Source of the DNA: an uncultured bacterium
GTDB lineage: Bacteria > Acidobacteriota > Aminicenantia > Aminicenantales > Aminicenantaceae
Reading direction: 5' to 3'
DNA length: 34,292 nt
Assembly: GCA_965603705.1 (NCBI GenBank)
Contig: CBFDDY010000003.1
Coordinates: 1-34,292, forward strand
Shown here piece by piece: positions 1 to 8,780 of the stretch. The first letter of the stretch is position 1. Each line of letters starts with the position of its first letter. Both the position numbers and the translations under genes were made by a program. The notes under the pieces were generated by a model. That model worked only from the letters and a program-made list of their open reading frames with translations. It searched no databases and had not been told where the DNA came from.

Positions 1-44
1 ACGGCAATTATTCCTATTAATACTAATGTGGAGACTAAATTCAT
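1..44 (-). CDS. 5' end of a membrane or exported protein running off the left edge (MNLVSTLVLIGIIA...), possibly a transporter
   Basis: Minus-strand AAGGAGG RBS precedes the ATG at 44; hydrophobic N-terminus; an operator copy lies upstream at 87-107. Only 14 codons are visible. Confidence 0.6.
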   Translation of the reverse strand, partial: MNLVSTLVLIGIIA

Positions 45-86
45 CCTAACCTCCTTCTTGAATTTTAATTTACGATGTTACATCAG

Positions 87-107
87 TCGATTGTCTTTTG
101 TCAACAA
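87..107 (-). promoter_or_regulatory. Operator-like motif copy 1 (TCGATTGTCTTTTGTCAACAA) containing a minus-strand TTGACA
   Basis: 19/21 identical to the copies at 1218-1238 and 1490-1510 (reverse complement); lies upstream of the CDS starting at 44. Confidence 0.7.
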
Positions 108-508
108 ATTATTATAATAGGAGTTCTCCAAAAAATTTTCTCAGTAAAGAGATATGGTTGCTTTTTTGGTTTTCAGCATAGATTTAAGGCTCGGGAGTCC
201 CTTCTATATTTAAATGGGTCTATCTGACTAACGTCAAGCAGTGTTATGTGGAACAGAAAAATGGTGCTGTGGTAGGGCAATTAGTCGGTTCTGATCGACT
301 TGTAAAAAGCAAGTATTTTTCCCTCTTTGTAGGTAAGGATATTTCCCTTTTGTTTGGTAAACAGAAATTCCTTTTTTCATATGGAGCCCCTTTTAATTGA
401 TAATTTATTTTCTATGATTTTATTTTTTATTAAAAAAGATATTTATTTTAGTATCAAATACTTTTTTTTTATGAATTTTCCAACCTAGTTTATATACATA
501 CACGCCAC

Positions 509-1183
509 TTAACTTTTTAGGTCCAACGCCTGAATGATGCGCTGCTTGCTATTAATAATATGCATATAAACTGCGGCTGATGATCTTTCAGGATCATGAG
601 CTTTGAGTGCTTTTATGATTTCTAGATGTTCAGCTGTATCCGATGAGGCCATATCTTTAGCAAATTTTGATTTTCCGGTAGCAAAGTTTCGTATCCGGAT
701 AGAATTCTGCCTAGCCATTTTAATGATATTAATAAACATCTTATTGCCAAGATTCTTGTAGAGTAATTCATGTATGGCCAGATCTGTTTTCAAATAATTA
801 GCTAAATTATAGGGATCCTTTAATATCTTCTTAAGCTTATTTTCCATTTCACATAGCTCTTTTTCCTCACATTTTTGGCTTGCGTTTTTTGCAGCGTAAG
901 GTTCAAGAACTGAGCGTATTTCCCAGATGTTTTTTACTTCTGTCTTGGAAATTATAGAGACCTTAGCTCCTTTTCGTGGGATGATAGTGACAAATCCTTC
1001 TTTTTCTAAAATATTCAATGCTTCTCTGATTGGAGCCCTGCTTATTTTCATCATTTCAGATAGTTCTGCTTCTAGTAAGGGTCTGTTAGGTTCAAGTTTA
1101 CCCTTGATAATCAGTAGTTTTAAATTCTCATATACCCTGTCTTTAAGTGATAGTTGTTTTCCGATTCCTCCAAAAGATTCCAT
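509..1183 (-). CDS. GntR-family transcriptional regulator with FCD domain (FadR subfamily)
   Basis: N-terminal wHTH (LKDRVYENLK...EAELSEMMKISRAPIREALNILEKEGFV...PRKGA); FCD-type EIRSVLE, D..IH...GN, EHLEII, HI motifs; 224 aa. Confidence 0.95.
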   Translation of the reverse strand: MESFGGIGKQLSLKDRVYENLKLLIIKGKLEPNRPLLEAELSEMMKISRAPIREALNILEKEGFVTIIPRKGAKVSIISKTEVKNIWEIRSVLEPYAAKNASQKCEEKELCEMENKLKKILKDPYNLANYLKTDLAIHELLYKNLGNKMFINIIKMARQNSIRIRNFATGKSKFAKDMASSDTAEHLEIIKALKAHDPERSSAAVYMHIINSKQRIIQALDLKS

Positions 1184-1217
1184 TTTTTCCTCCCATTTCC
1201 ATTTATTATATGTTTTA

Positions 1218-1238
1218 TCGATTGTTGTTTGTCAACAA
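1218..1238 (-). promoter_or_regulatory. Operator-like motif copy 2 (TCGATTGTTGTTTGTCAACAA) upstream of the GntR gene; likely autoregulatory site
   Basis: Same 21-bp motif, 35 bp upstream of the gntR start; contains minus-strand TTGACA with TATAAT at 1210-1205 (19-bp spacer, suboptimal). Confidence 0.7.
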
Positions 1239-1250
1239 TTATTTTTAACA

Positions 1251-1294
1251 TGTCAAGGCCACGTGAAAATGTTGTCAAGGCAACATGAAAATGT
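1251..1294. repeat. Tandem 22-bp direct repeat (TGTCAAGGCCACGTGAAAATGT / TGTCAAGGCAACATGAAAATGT)
   Basis: Two adjacent units with 2 mismatches in the divergent intergenic region. Confidence 0.8.
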
Positions 1295-1489
1295 CCGGTT
1301 TGTTTTGATAACCTGATATTGAAATATTCAACTCTTTATTTTAGCATTTTATTAACTTTTACATTTTCATCTATGGGATTAAACTTTTTTTTTTCATGCC
1401 TCTATTATTCTAGTTATTATTAGGATAGCATAGGCTTATGTTTATCTATAACAGTTGCTATGAGTGAATCCCCGATAATTTAGGATAAT

Positions 1490-1521
1490 TTGTTGACAAA
1501 CTACAATCGACAAGATAAAAT
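1490..1521 (+). promoter_or_regulatory. Sigma70-type promoter (TTGACA-17 bp-TAAAAT) overlapped by operator copy 3
   Basis: TTGACA 1493-1498 and TAAAAT 1516-1521; 1490-1510 is the reverse complement of the 21-bp motif. Confidence 0.8.
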
Positions 1522-1537
1522 AAATAAGGAAAATATA

Positions 1538-1752
1538 ATGAAAGACAAAGTTTATAAAGGTATAAAGCCACAAATTATAAAGGGTACAATTGAACCGAAC
1601 ATGCATTTGAGCGAAGCAGAGATATCTGATGCATTGAATATAAGACGGGCTCCCAGAAAAAACGAATTATAAATATACTAAAAAAAGATGAATTTGTTAT
1701 TATTACTTTTAGAAAGAGAGAAAGTATGTTTGGAAGTTCTAATAGGCTGTGA
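1538..1752 (+). pseudogene. Frameshifted, truncated GntR wHTH remnant
   Basis: MKDKVYKGIKPQIIKGTIEPNMHLSEAEISDALNIRRAP then, after a frameshift near 1665-1672, NILKKDEFVIITFRK. This aligns with the N-terminus of the 509-1183 GntR (LKDRVYENLKLLIIKGKLEPN...NILEKEGFVTIIPRK). No FCD domain. Confidence 0.8.
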
Positions 1753-1819
1753 GTGAATTATTATGGGATAAATGATAAGATAAGCCAATCATAATCTATG
1801 AGTTAAAGGAGAAAGAATC

Positions 1820-2764
1820 ATGTCAATTTATAAAGAGGAGTTAGCTTCAAATATCTGGAGAAACGGCGAAATAATTCCATGGAAGGATGCATTGATTCAT
1901 GTAAATTCTGTGGGACATGCATCTGTAGCCGGTATCTTTGAGGGAATTAAAGCCTACTGGAATGAAAGCGAAAAACAGCTCTATGTATTCCGCCTTTATG
2001 ACCACATAGTTCGTTTCATCAATTCCATCAAAATGGTCCGTTACGGTTTTGAATACAACTTGGAAGATTTAAAAAAAGCCGTTTTGGAATTGCTAAGGGC
2101 AAATGAATATAGAGCAAGTGTGTACATCCGTCCTTATATCTTTCAAAAGGGTATCGTTCGGGAGCTTCTTCAAGCTCAGCCTGGTAAATCGACAGAACTG
2201 ATCATCGATTCCTGGCCATTTGATTCTTACAGGGATATGAGTCAGGCCTTAAATGTTTGTGTCAGTTCCTGGACAAGGATCTCAGACAATGTGAGTCCTC
2301 CGCGATTGAAATGTTTCTCCAATTATCATAACGGCCGTTTAGCCGCTATGGAGGCGACGGTGAGCGGGTATGACTGGCCTGTGCTTCTTGATGGGAGTGG
2401 GAAGGTTACAGAGGGACCCGGGGCATGTATTGCTTTAGTCCGGAACGGAAAAGTTATTCTGCCGAGTATCACGAGCGGGATACTGGAAAGCATTACCCGA
2501 GATACGATAATGCATCTATTAAAGGATGTCTTGGACATACCTTTTGTTGAGCGTGAAGTGGACCGTACGGAATTATATATTGCAGATGAGATTTTTTTCA
2601 TAGGCACGGGTTGGGAAATTATGCCAGTAGCATCCGTTGACCGTTTAGAAGTGGGTGACGGCAAGACCGGACCTATTACCAGGGCCATAGTCGATACCTA
2701 CCAAAGAGTTGTCACCGCAAAGGATATCCGCTTTTCCGAGTGGCGGACACCAGTATGGAAGTAG
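1820..2764 (+). CDS. Class IV PLP-dependent aminotransferase (IlvE/branched-chain aminotransferase-like, divergent)
   Basis: IW.NGEIIPW.DA, FEGIKAY, FRL.DH..R, YIRP, catalytic Lys in RLKCFSNY, ILESITR, LYIADEIFF.GT; RBS AAAGGAG. Confidence 0.92.
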   Translation: MSIYKEELASNIWRNGEIIPWKDALIHVNSVGHASVAGIFEGIKAYWNESEKQLYVFRLYDHIVRFINSIKMVRYGFEYNLEDLKKAVLELLRANEYRASVYIRPYIFQKGIVRELLQAQPGKSTELIIDSWPFDSYRDMSQALNVCVSSWTRISDNVSPPRLKCFSNYHNGRLAAMEATVSGYDWPVLLDGSGKVTEGPGACIALVRNGKVILPSITSGILESITRDTIMHLLKDVLDIPFVEREVDRTELYIADEIFFIGTGWEIMPVASVDRLEVGDGKTGPITRAIVDTYQRVVTAKDIRFSEWRTPVWK

Positions 2765-2770
2765 ATATCC

Positions 2771-4939
2771 ATGCGCAGTAAAAACCATAAATCCCCTGAT
2801 TTGAAGCCCATGCTGGATCCTGACTCCATTGCCGTAGTGGGTGCTTCGGAAAAGCCAGGACCGGGTCGGCAGGTGCTTGAAAATTTGGCTCAACTGGGTT
2901 ATCGGGGCGAGATATACCCGGTTAATCCCCGCTATGAGGAAATTCTGGGAATGCCTTGTTATCCATCGTTGACTGAGGTTTATCATGCGGGGCATCAGGT
3001 GGAGATGGTTGCTATTCTCTTAAACCGCAGTATGGTTATTCCGGTTTTAAAAGAAGCGGCCTCTATAGGTGTACGTGCTGGATGGGCTTTTGCCAGTGGA
3101 TTCGGAGAAGCTGGCTCTGAGGGAAGAGCTCTGCAGCAAGAATTGACTGATATATGCAAAAAGAATAATATCTTGTTCTGCGGGCCCAACTGTGTGGGAT
3201 ATCTGCATCCTAAGGCCGGAGTTGGAACCTATAGTGCCCCTGCCCCTGTTTCCATTAAAAAGGGTAAGATAGGGATGATCGCTCAAAGCGGCTATCTTGC
3301 CATAAGTGTAGCGAACAGCAACCGTGGTCTAGGTTTCAGTATGATCTGTTCTTCTGGGAATGAAGCCGTTGTAGACAGTACCGATTTCATTTCCTATATG
3401 CTGGATGATCCTGGAACAGAGGTTATTATGGCCTTTATCGAGCAATTCCGTAAGCCTGAACGTCTTCCGGAACTGGCAGACAGAGCCCGGGAGGTTGGAA
3501 AACCGATTATCCTGATTAAGGTTGGCCGCTCTGAGATGGCCCGGCGGGCTACTATTGCTCATACAGGAGCCCTGGCTGGCTCAGATGATGTGCAGGATGC
3601 TTTATTCAAAAAGCTGGGGATCGTCCGGGTGGAGGACTTTGATGAGATGTTTGAGACGGCAGAGCTATTTTCAAAATGTCTACAAAGATTACCCAAAGGA
3701 GACGGTATTTTTTCTGTAAGCCTCTCAGGAGGAGTCATTAGCCTAATAGCGGATCTTGGAGAAAAACTGAAACTGCACTATCCAACATGGTCGGAAGATG
3801 GAAAAAACCTACTCAGAGAGGTCCTTCCGCCATATATTGGGATCAATAATCCTATCGATGTATGGGGTTTTGGTAGAATTGAGGAAACCTATGAAGCATG
3901 TTTAATGGCTGCAGCCAGAGAGGAAAAAGCCGATTTAGTTTTTGTTTCTCAGGATGTGCCTGGCGGGATGGCACCCATACAGGTGGATCAGTACGCAGCA
4001 GTGGCAAGGGCGGCAGTGAAGGCCTTTCAAGAGAGCGGGAAGCCGGTAGTCATGGTATCCAATCCCTCAGGCGGATTCCATCCGGATATCAGTCTAATTC
4101 TAGAACAAGGGAAAGTACCTCTGCTCCAGGGTACCCGCGAAGGATTAAAGGCCGTAAAGTCATTAATTTCTTACGCAGATTTCAAAAGAAAAAAGGAAGT
4201 CGATAAAGAAGACCAGGAAAGGCCCAAAGCCATTCCAACAAAAGTGGAAACCTATTTTCACTCCGAAAGACTGGTTTTAACAGAATATAGTAGCAAAAAA
4301 GTGCTTGCTGCCTATGGAATTCAGTGTGCCCGCGAGGTTCTGTGTAAGTCTGCAGAGGAGACGATTAATGCTGCAAAGGCTATTGGATACCCTGTAGCCC
4401 TGAAGGTCATCTCCCCCCAGATCCAGCACAAGACTGAGGCAAGTATTATCCAATTAAATGTTGGGGATGATGATACAGCAGAATGCGCCTATGAAGAGTT
4501 ACTCAAGAATGCACGCTCCTATGATTCTACCGCTTCAATTGACGGCGTGCTTTGCCAGCAAATGATAAGAGGAGCTGTTGCTGAGGCGATTGTCGGAATC
4601 CTTATGGATCCTTATTTCGGTCCCTCAGTTGTGTTTGGACTTGGAGGAATTATGGTTGAAATTTTTAAAGACAGAGCTCTCGGCATTCCTCCATTAAGCC
4701 GGGGCGAAACCCTAATGATGATCGAGCAGACCATGGCAAGCAAACTCCTTACCGGATTCCGTGGTTCCCCTAAGGCGGACTTAGAGGCACTGACCGATAC
4801 TCTTATTAATGTCGGCAGGCTGGCCGTCGATTGGTCCGACAGGATAGAGGCTCTGGATATCAATCCGCTCTTGGTTATGCCTGAGGGCCGGGGAGTTGTA
4901 GCAGTGGATGCTCTTTTAGTGCTAAAGAAAAATTCTTAA
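2771..4939 (+). CDS. ADP-forming acyl-CoA synthetase (acetate-CoA ligase family, fused alpha-beta with ATP-grasp domain)
   Basis: SIAVVGAS, YPVNP, ASGFGE, GPNCVG, AQSG, SSGNEA, phospho-His motif AHTGALAG, NNPID, GYPVALK...HKTE, DPYFGP, LDINPL. Confidence 0.95.
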   Translation: MRSKNHKSPDLKPMLDPDSIAVVGASEKPGPGRQVLENLAQLGYRGEIYPVNPRYEEILGMPCYPSLTEVYHAGHQVEMVAILLNRSMVIPVLKEAASIGVRAGWAFASGFGEAGSEGRALQQELTDICKKNNILFCGPNCVGYLHPKAGVGTYSAPAPVSIKKGKIGMIAQSGYLAISVANSNRGLGFSMICSSGNEAVVDSTDFISYMLDDPGTEVIMAFIEQFRKPERLPELADRAREVGKPIILIKVGRSEMARRATIAHTGALAGSDDVQDALFKKLGIVRVEDFDEMFETAELFSKCLQRLPKGDGIFSVSLSGGVISLIADLGEKLKLHYPTWSEDGKNLLREVLPPYIGINNPIDVWGFGRIEETYEACLMAAAREEKADLVFVSQDVPGGMAPIQVDQYAAVARAAVKAFQESGKPVVMVSNPSGGFHPDISLILEQGKVPLLQGTREGLKAVKSLISYADFKRKKEVDKEDQERPKAIPTKVETYFHSERLVLTEYSSKKVLAAYGIQCAREVLCKSAEETINAAKAIGYPVALKVISPQIQHKTEASIIQLNVGDDDTAECAYEELLKNARSYDSTASIDGVLCQQMIRGAVAEAIVGILMDPYFGPSVVFGLGGIMVEIFKDRALGIPPLSRGETLMMIEQTMASKLLTGFRGSPKADLEALTDTLINVGRLAVDWSDRIEALDINPLLVMPEGRGVVAVDALLVLKKNS

Positions 4940-4957
4940 AAGTAAGGAGGTTTGTTG

Positions 4958-6772
4958 ATGAAAATAATTCTTTCTGGAAACGAAGCAATTGCGAGAGGGG
5001 CTTTTGAAGCCGGCATTCAGATAGCTACGGGCTATCCCGGAACTCCGAGCTCTGAAATTATAAGCACCATAGCTAAAGAATATGGAAAAGAAATATATAC
5101 GGAGTGGTCGACCAATGAAAAAGTGGCCATGGATGCTGCCGCAGGGGCAGCTTATTCCGGGCGCCGCTGCCTGGTAACCACAAAACAGGTAGGTATGAAC
5201 GTTTTTTCCGACTCTCTTTTGTATGCGGTCTACACAGGAGTTGAGGCCGCTCTGGTTGTGGTTACTGCGGATGATCCCGGGCTGTTCAGCTCACAAAATG
5301 AACAGGATAACCGCTGGTATGCCCGCCTGGCCAAGATTCCCCTTCTTGAGCCGGCCGACAGCCAAGAAGCTAAAGATTTTGTGGTTCTGGCTGCTGAACT
5401 TTCGGAAAAATTTGATACACCGGTTTTAATCCGTACTGTCATGAGAACCTCCCATTCCAAGAGCGTCGTTAATCTGGGCAGCAGGCCTCAATCCCCGGAT
5501 AAGGTGGGACTATTCCCCCGTAATCCGGAGAAATACAACTGCACTGCCTCGAACGCCAGGAAAATGCACCCCCGGGTGGAACAGCGTTTGCTTGATTTGG
5601 CAAAATATGCTGAGAAGGCTCCAATTAACCGTATTGAGTGGAAAGATCGCTCACTCGGAATTATCACCAGCGGGGTGATTTATACCTATGTGTCTGATGT
5701 TTTTCCTGATGCATCGGTTTTAAAGTTGGGGATGACCAACCCTCTGCCTAGGAAAATGATTGAAGAGTTTGCTGAAGGTGTGGAAAAATTACTTGTCATC
5801 GAGGAACTTGATCCTGTTCTGGAAGAGCAAATCCGGGCCATGGGAATTGATGTAATAGGGAAGGAAGTTTTTCCGCCCTACTTTGAGCTTTTGCCCGATG
5901 ATATCATAAGTTTTAGTGTTGATGCTGGGCTTTTAACTAGGGAAGACTCTGAAGCACAAGGGATAAGTAAACCAGGGCTGGAGGCTTTGAAAGACCTACC
6001 TATGCGTTCACCAGTTTTCTGTGCAGGATGCCCGCACCGTTCCACCTTCTATCTTCTGAATAAGTTGAAGCTCCCGGTAGCAGGGGATATCGGTTGCTAT
6101 AATCTTGGCACCCTTCCTCCTTTCAGAGCTCAACACACAATGGGGGCTATGGGTGCTAGCATCGGTGTTTTACATGGGATGTCTCTGGCAGGTATTCCTG
6201 AGCAGCGTGTATGCACCATAGGTGATTCAACTTTTTTTCATTCTGGCATGGCTCCTCTGGTGAATATGGTGCACAACAACAGCCGGGGAGTGGTTATCCT
6301 GATGGATAACAGCATAACGGCAATGACAGGTCACCAGGATCATCCTGGCATCGACTGGTCGGTTACAAAGGACCGGCCGGCGCAAAGAGTTGAAATCGAA
6401 CCATTGGTGAAAGCCATGGGAGTTAAAAAAGTTAAGGTTGTTGATGCCTTCAATATTGAGGAAGTGGAAGCTGGATTGTTAGAGTGTTTGGATTATGAGG
6501 GGCCTTCGGTTTTGATAACTCGCGGAGAATGTGTTTTTGTTTCACGCAATCCCCAACCATCCTATAGAGTAGATTTGGAAAAATGTGTTGCCTGCCAGCT
6601 TTGCTTTAAGTTGGGCTGCCCTGCTATCGGACTTTCCAATGAAAAAAATCCTAAAAATAATAAATTCAAATCCCATATTGAAACTAGCCTATGTACTGGC
6701 TGTGACATCTGCCGGCAGGTATGCCCAACAGGTGCCATTCAACCGCCTGAAGAAAAAGAAGACGAGGTGTAA
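4958..6772 (+). CDS. iorA: Indolepyruvate:ferredoxin oxidoreductase alpha subunit
   Basis: SGNEAIARGA, GYPGTPSSE, WSTNEKVA, SSQNEQDNR, FCAGCPHR, GDIGCY, TPP motif IGDSTFFHSG...DN..TAMTG.Q, C-terminal 2x[4Fe-4S] motifs. ATG 4958 follows TAAGGAGG. Confidence 0.95.
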   Translation: MKIILSGNEAIARGAFEAGIQIATGYPGTPSSEIISTIAKEYGKEIYTEWSTNEKVAMDAAAGAAYSGRRCLVTTKQVGMNVFSDSLLYAVYTGVEAALVVVTADDPGLFSSQNEQDNRWYARLAKIPLLEPADSQEAKDFVVLAAELSEKFDTPVLIRTVMRTSHSKSVVNLGSRPQSPDKVGLFPRNPEKYNCTASNARKMHPRVEQRLLDLAKYAEKAPINRIEWKDRSLGIITSGVIYTYVSDVFPDASVLKLGMTNPLPRKMIEEFAEGVEKLLVIEELDPVLEEQIRAMGIDVIGKEVFPPYFELLPDDIISFSVDAGLLTREDSEAQGISKPGLEALKDLPMRSPVFCAGCPHRSTFYLLNKLKLPVAGDIGCYNLGTLPPFRAQHTMGAMGASIGVLHGMSLAGIPEQRVCTIGDSTFFHSGMAPLVNMVHNNSRGVVILMDNSITAMTGHQDHPGIDWSVTKDRPAQRVEIEPLVKAMGVKKVKVVDAFNIEEVEAGLLECLDYEGPSVLITRGECVFVSRNPQPSYRVDLEKCVACQLCFKLGCPAIGLSNEKNPKNNKFKSHIETSLCTGCDICRQVCPTGAIQPPEEKEDEV

Positions 6773-6776
6773 AATT

Positions 6777-7370
6777 ATGAATAATAAAAACTTTTTAGTA
6801 GTCGGTGTCGGAGGCCAAGGCACTGTACTTTCCAGTGATGTACTTGCCGAGGTAGGAATGGCTGCAGGCTATGACTCGAAAAAGTCGGATGTTCTTGGCC
6901 TGGCTATTAGAAGCGGTAGTGTGGTCAGCCATATCCGTTGGGGAGAGAAGGTTAACGCCCCTATGTCAATGAAGGGGACAGTCGACTATCTTTTAGCTTT
7001 TGAACCTCTTGAAGCCATACGTATGGCGGAATACCTTAATAAAAACAGCACGGCAATTGTTAATGAATATCAGATTCCGCCGGTCGCTGTAACAACAGGT
7101 CAAGTCGAATATCCCTCTAGCGAAGAGATCAGACAAATCCTGGCGGAAACAGCTCAAACGGTCTATTACATCAATGCAACTGAGAAAGCTAAGGAACTGG
7201 GCAATGTGAAAGCTGTAAATACGCTACTTTTGGGAGCACTTTCTTCCCTTTTTGAGATATCTCCCGTGATATGGGAAGGAGTCATCAAAAAGTATGTCCC
7301 GGACAGGTTTAGAAAGCTTAATCTGCGGGCATTTCTGGCCGGGCGGGAATTGATGGGCGGGAAGATCTGA
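6777..7370 (+). CDS. iorB: Indolepyruvate:ferredoxin oxidoreductase beta subunit
   Basis: GVGGQG, SDVLGLAIRSGSVVSHIR.G, LAFEPLEA.R, LGN.KAVN..LLG, N..AF..G; ATG at 6777 sits just after the iorA stop. Confidence 0.93.
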   Translation: MNNKNFLVVGVGGQGTVLSSDVLAEVGMAAGYDSKKSDVLGLAIRSGSVVSHIRWGEKVNAPMSMKGTVDYLLAFEPLEAIRMAEYLNKNSTAIVNEYQIPPVAVTTGQVEYPSSEEIRQILAETAQTVYYINATEKAKELGNVKAVNTLLLGALSSLFEISPVIWEGVIKKYVPDRFRKLNLRAFLAGRELMGGKI

Positions 7371-7394
7371 TTTTATAGATACGAAAAAAAAACA

Positions 7395-8780
7395 ATGAAA
7401 ATCAACCATGCGGATATAGCCATAAAAGGTGGCACTCTAGTAAATAGCCAGGGAATGCAGCTGGCTGATATTTTTATCAAAGATGGCGTCATATCCAGCA
7501 TTGAGCCGGCCGGAAGTCATAAAACGGCCAGCAGTTTAATCGATGCCACTGGGAAATATGTCCTTCCCGGCATTATAGATGCCCATCTGCATCCTGTTTA
7601 TGCAGATCGAATGGATACTCTCTCCAAAGCTGCACCTTTTGGGGGAATCACAACCCTTATCCCCTATATTGGCGCGGTCAAAGCTTGGGGAAAAACCGGA
7701 AACCTGATTGATGCTGTGCAGGACTTTATTGCAGAAGGCGAGAAATCCTCGACCGTAGATTTTGGAGCGCACTGCTCCCTGACTTTAAATGACATGGATA
7801 CTATTGACGAGATGATCCCTGTGGCTATCAAAATGGGCGTCATTTCCTTTAAGGTTTTTATGGCCTATGAAAGAAGGGGAATGAAACTGGAGGACGAGAA
7901 TATTCTGGAAACTATGGAGGTCATTGCGAAAAATGAAGCCTTGCTCGCTGTCCATGCTGAAAATGGAAGTATGATAGACTACTTGGAAGATAAATCTATT
8001 GCTCAGGGAAATCTTGGGCCTGAGTTTTTTTCTCCTACGCATCCAAATATCTCAGAAGCTGAAGCGATCTTTCGCGTCCTTGCTCTATCAAATATCGTCA
8101 ATTGTCCCCTTTATCTTGCTCATGTTAGTGCACGGGAATCCTTGGATGTCATAAAATTGTATAAGGGCTGGAGCAAAAATGAATTTTATACCGAGACTTG
8201 TACCCATTATTTAACTCTAACAGATGAGGAGTTGATAAGAAAAGGATCTTTGGCCAAAATGGCTCCTCCTTTAAGAAAAAAGGAAGATGTTGACGCGCTC
8301 TGGAAGGCAGCGAAGGACGGAATTTTAGATGTTATCGGCTCCGATGCAGCCGGGCACTCGATCAAGAACAAAGAGCCGATAAGAGACAATATTTTCAAGA
8401 GCCCGAATGGAATACCGGGGCTGGAGACAATGTTCACGGTTGCCTATGATGAAGGTGTTAACAGAGGCGGAATCACCCTCCCCCGCTTGGTAGAGTTAAC
8501 ATGTGAAAATCCCGCCAAGATTTTTGGGCTTTATCCTCGGAAGGGAATCCTGAAGGAGGGATCAGACGCTGATGTGCTCATTTTTAATCCAAGCGCAACT
8601 CATACAATAACGGCAAAAAACTATCACTTGAAGGTTGGCTATAGTTTATATGAAGGACGTGTATGTTTGGGTTCGCCTTCTCTAGTAATACAGAGAGGAA
8701 GGATATTGCTAGAGGAGGGTAAATTAAAATCAGAACCGGGACAAGGTATGTATATCCCGGCAAAAAGGAGAATAAAATGA
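7395..8780 (+). CDS. Cyclic amidohydrolase (dihydropyrimidinase/hydantoinase-like)
   Basis: PGIIDAHLH, GGITT, carboxylatable Lys in SFKVFMAY, VHAENG, LAHVS, ETCTHYL, KMAPPLR, GSD, PNGIPGLE, NPAKIFGLYPRKG. Confidence 0.92.
   Translation: MKINHADIAIKGGTLVNSQGMQLADIFIKDGVISSIEPAGSHKTASSLIDATGKYVLPGIIDAHLHPVYADRMDTLSKAAPFGGITTLIPYIGAVKAWGKTGNLIDAVQDFIAEGEKSSTVDFGAHCSLTLNDMDTIDEMIPVAIKMGVISFKVFMAYERRGMKLEDENILETMEVIAKNEALLAVHAENGSMIDYLEDKSIAQGNLGPEFFSPTHPNISEAEAIFRVLALSNIVNCPLYLAHVSARESLDVIKLYKGWSKNEFYTETCTHYLTLTDEELIRKGSLAKMAPPLRKKEDVDALWKAAKDGILDVIGSDAAGHSIKNKEPIRDNIFKSPNGIPGLETMFTVAYDEGVNRGGITLPRLVELTCENPAKIFGLYPRKGILKEGSDADVLIFNPSATHTITAKNYHLKVGYSLYEGRVCLGSPSLVIQRGRILLEEGKLKSEPGQGMYIPAKRRIK

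Noticed and set aside
120-380. Possible decayed minus-strand ORF (MKKEFLFTKQ...) after an RBS-like AAAGGGG
   Set aside because: Early stops and no family I can recognise.
6585-6776. Extended N-terminus of iorB from the ORF track
   Set aside because: It overlaps the iorA ferredoxin domain; homology begins at ATG 6777. The same reasoning applies to the track starts at 21790 (metF) and 28880 (amidohydrolase).
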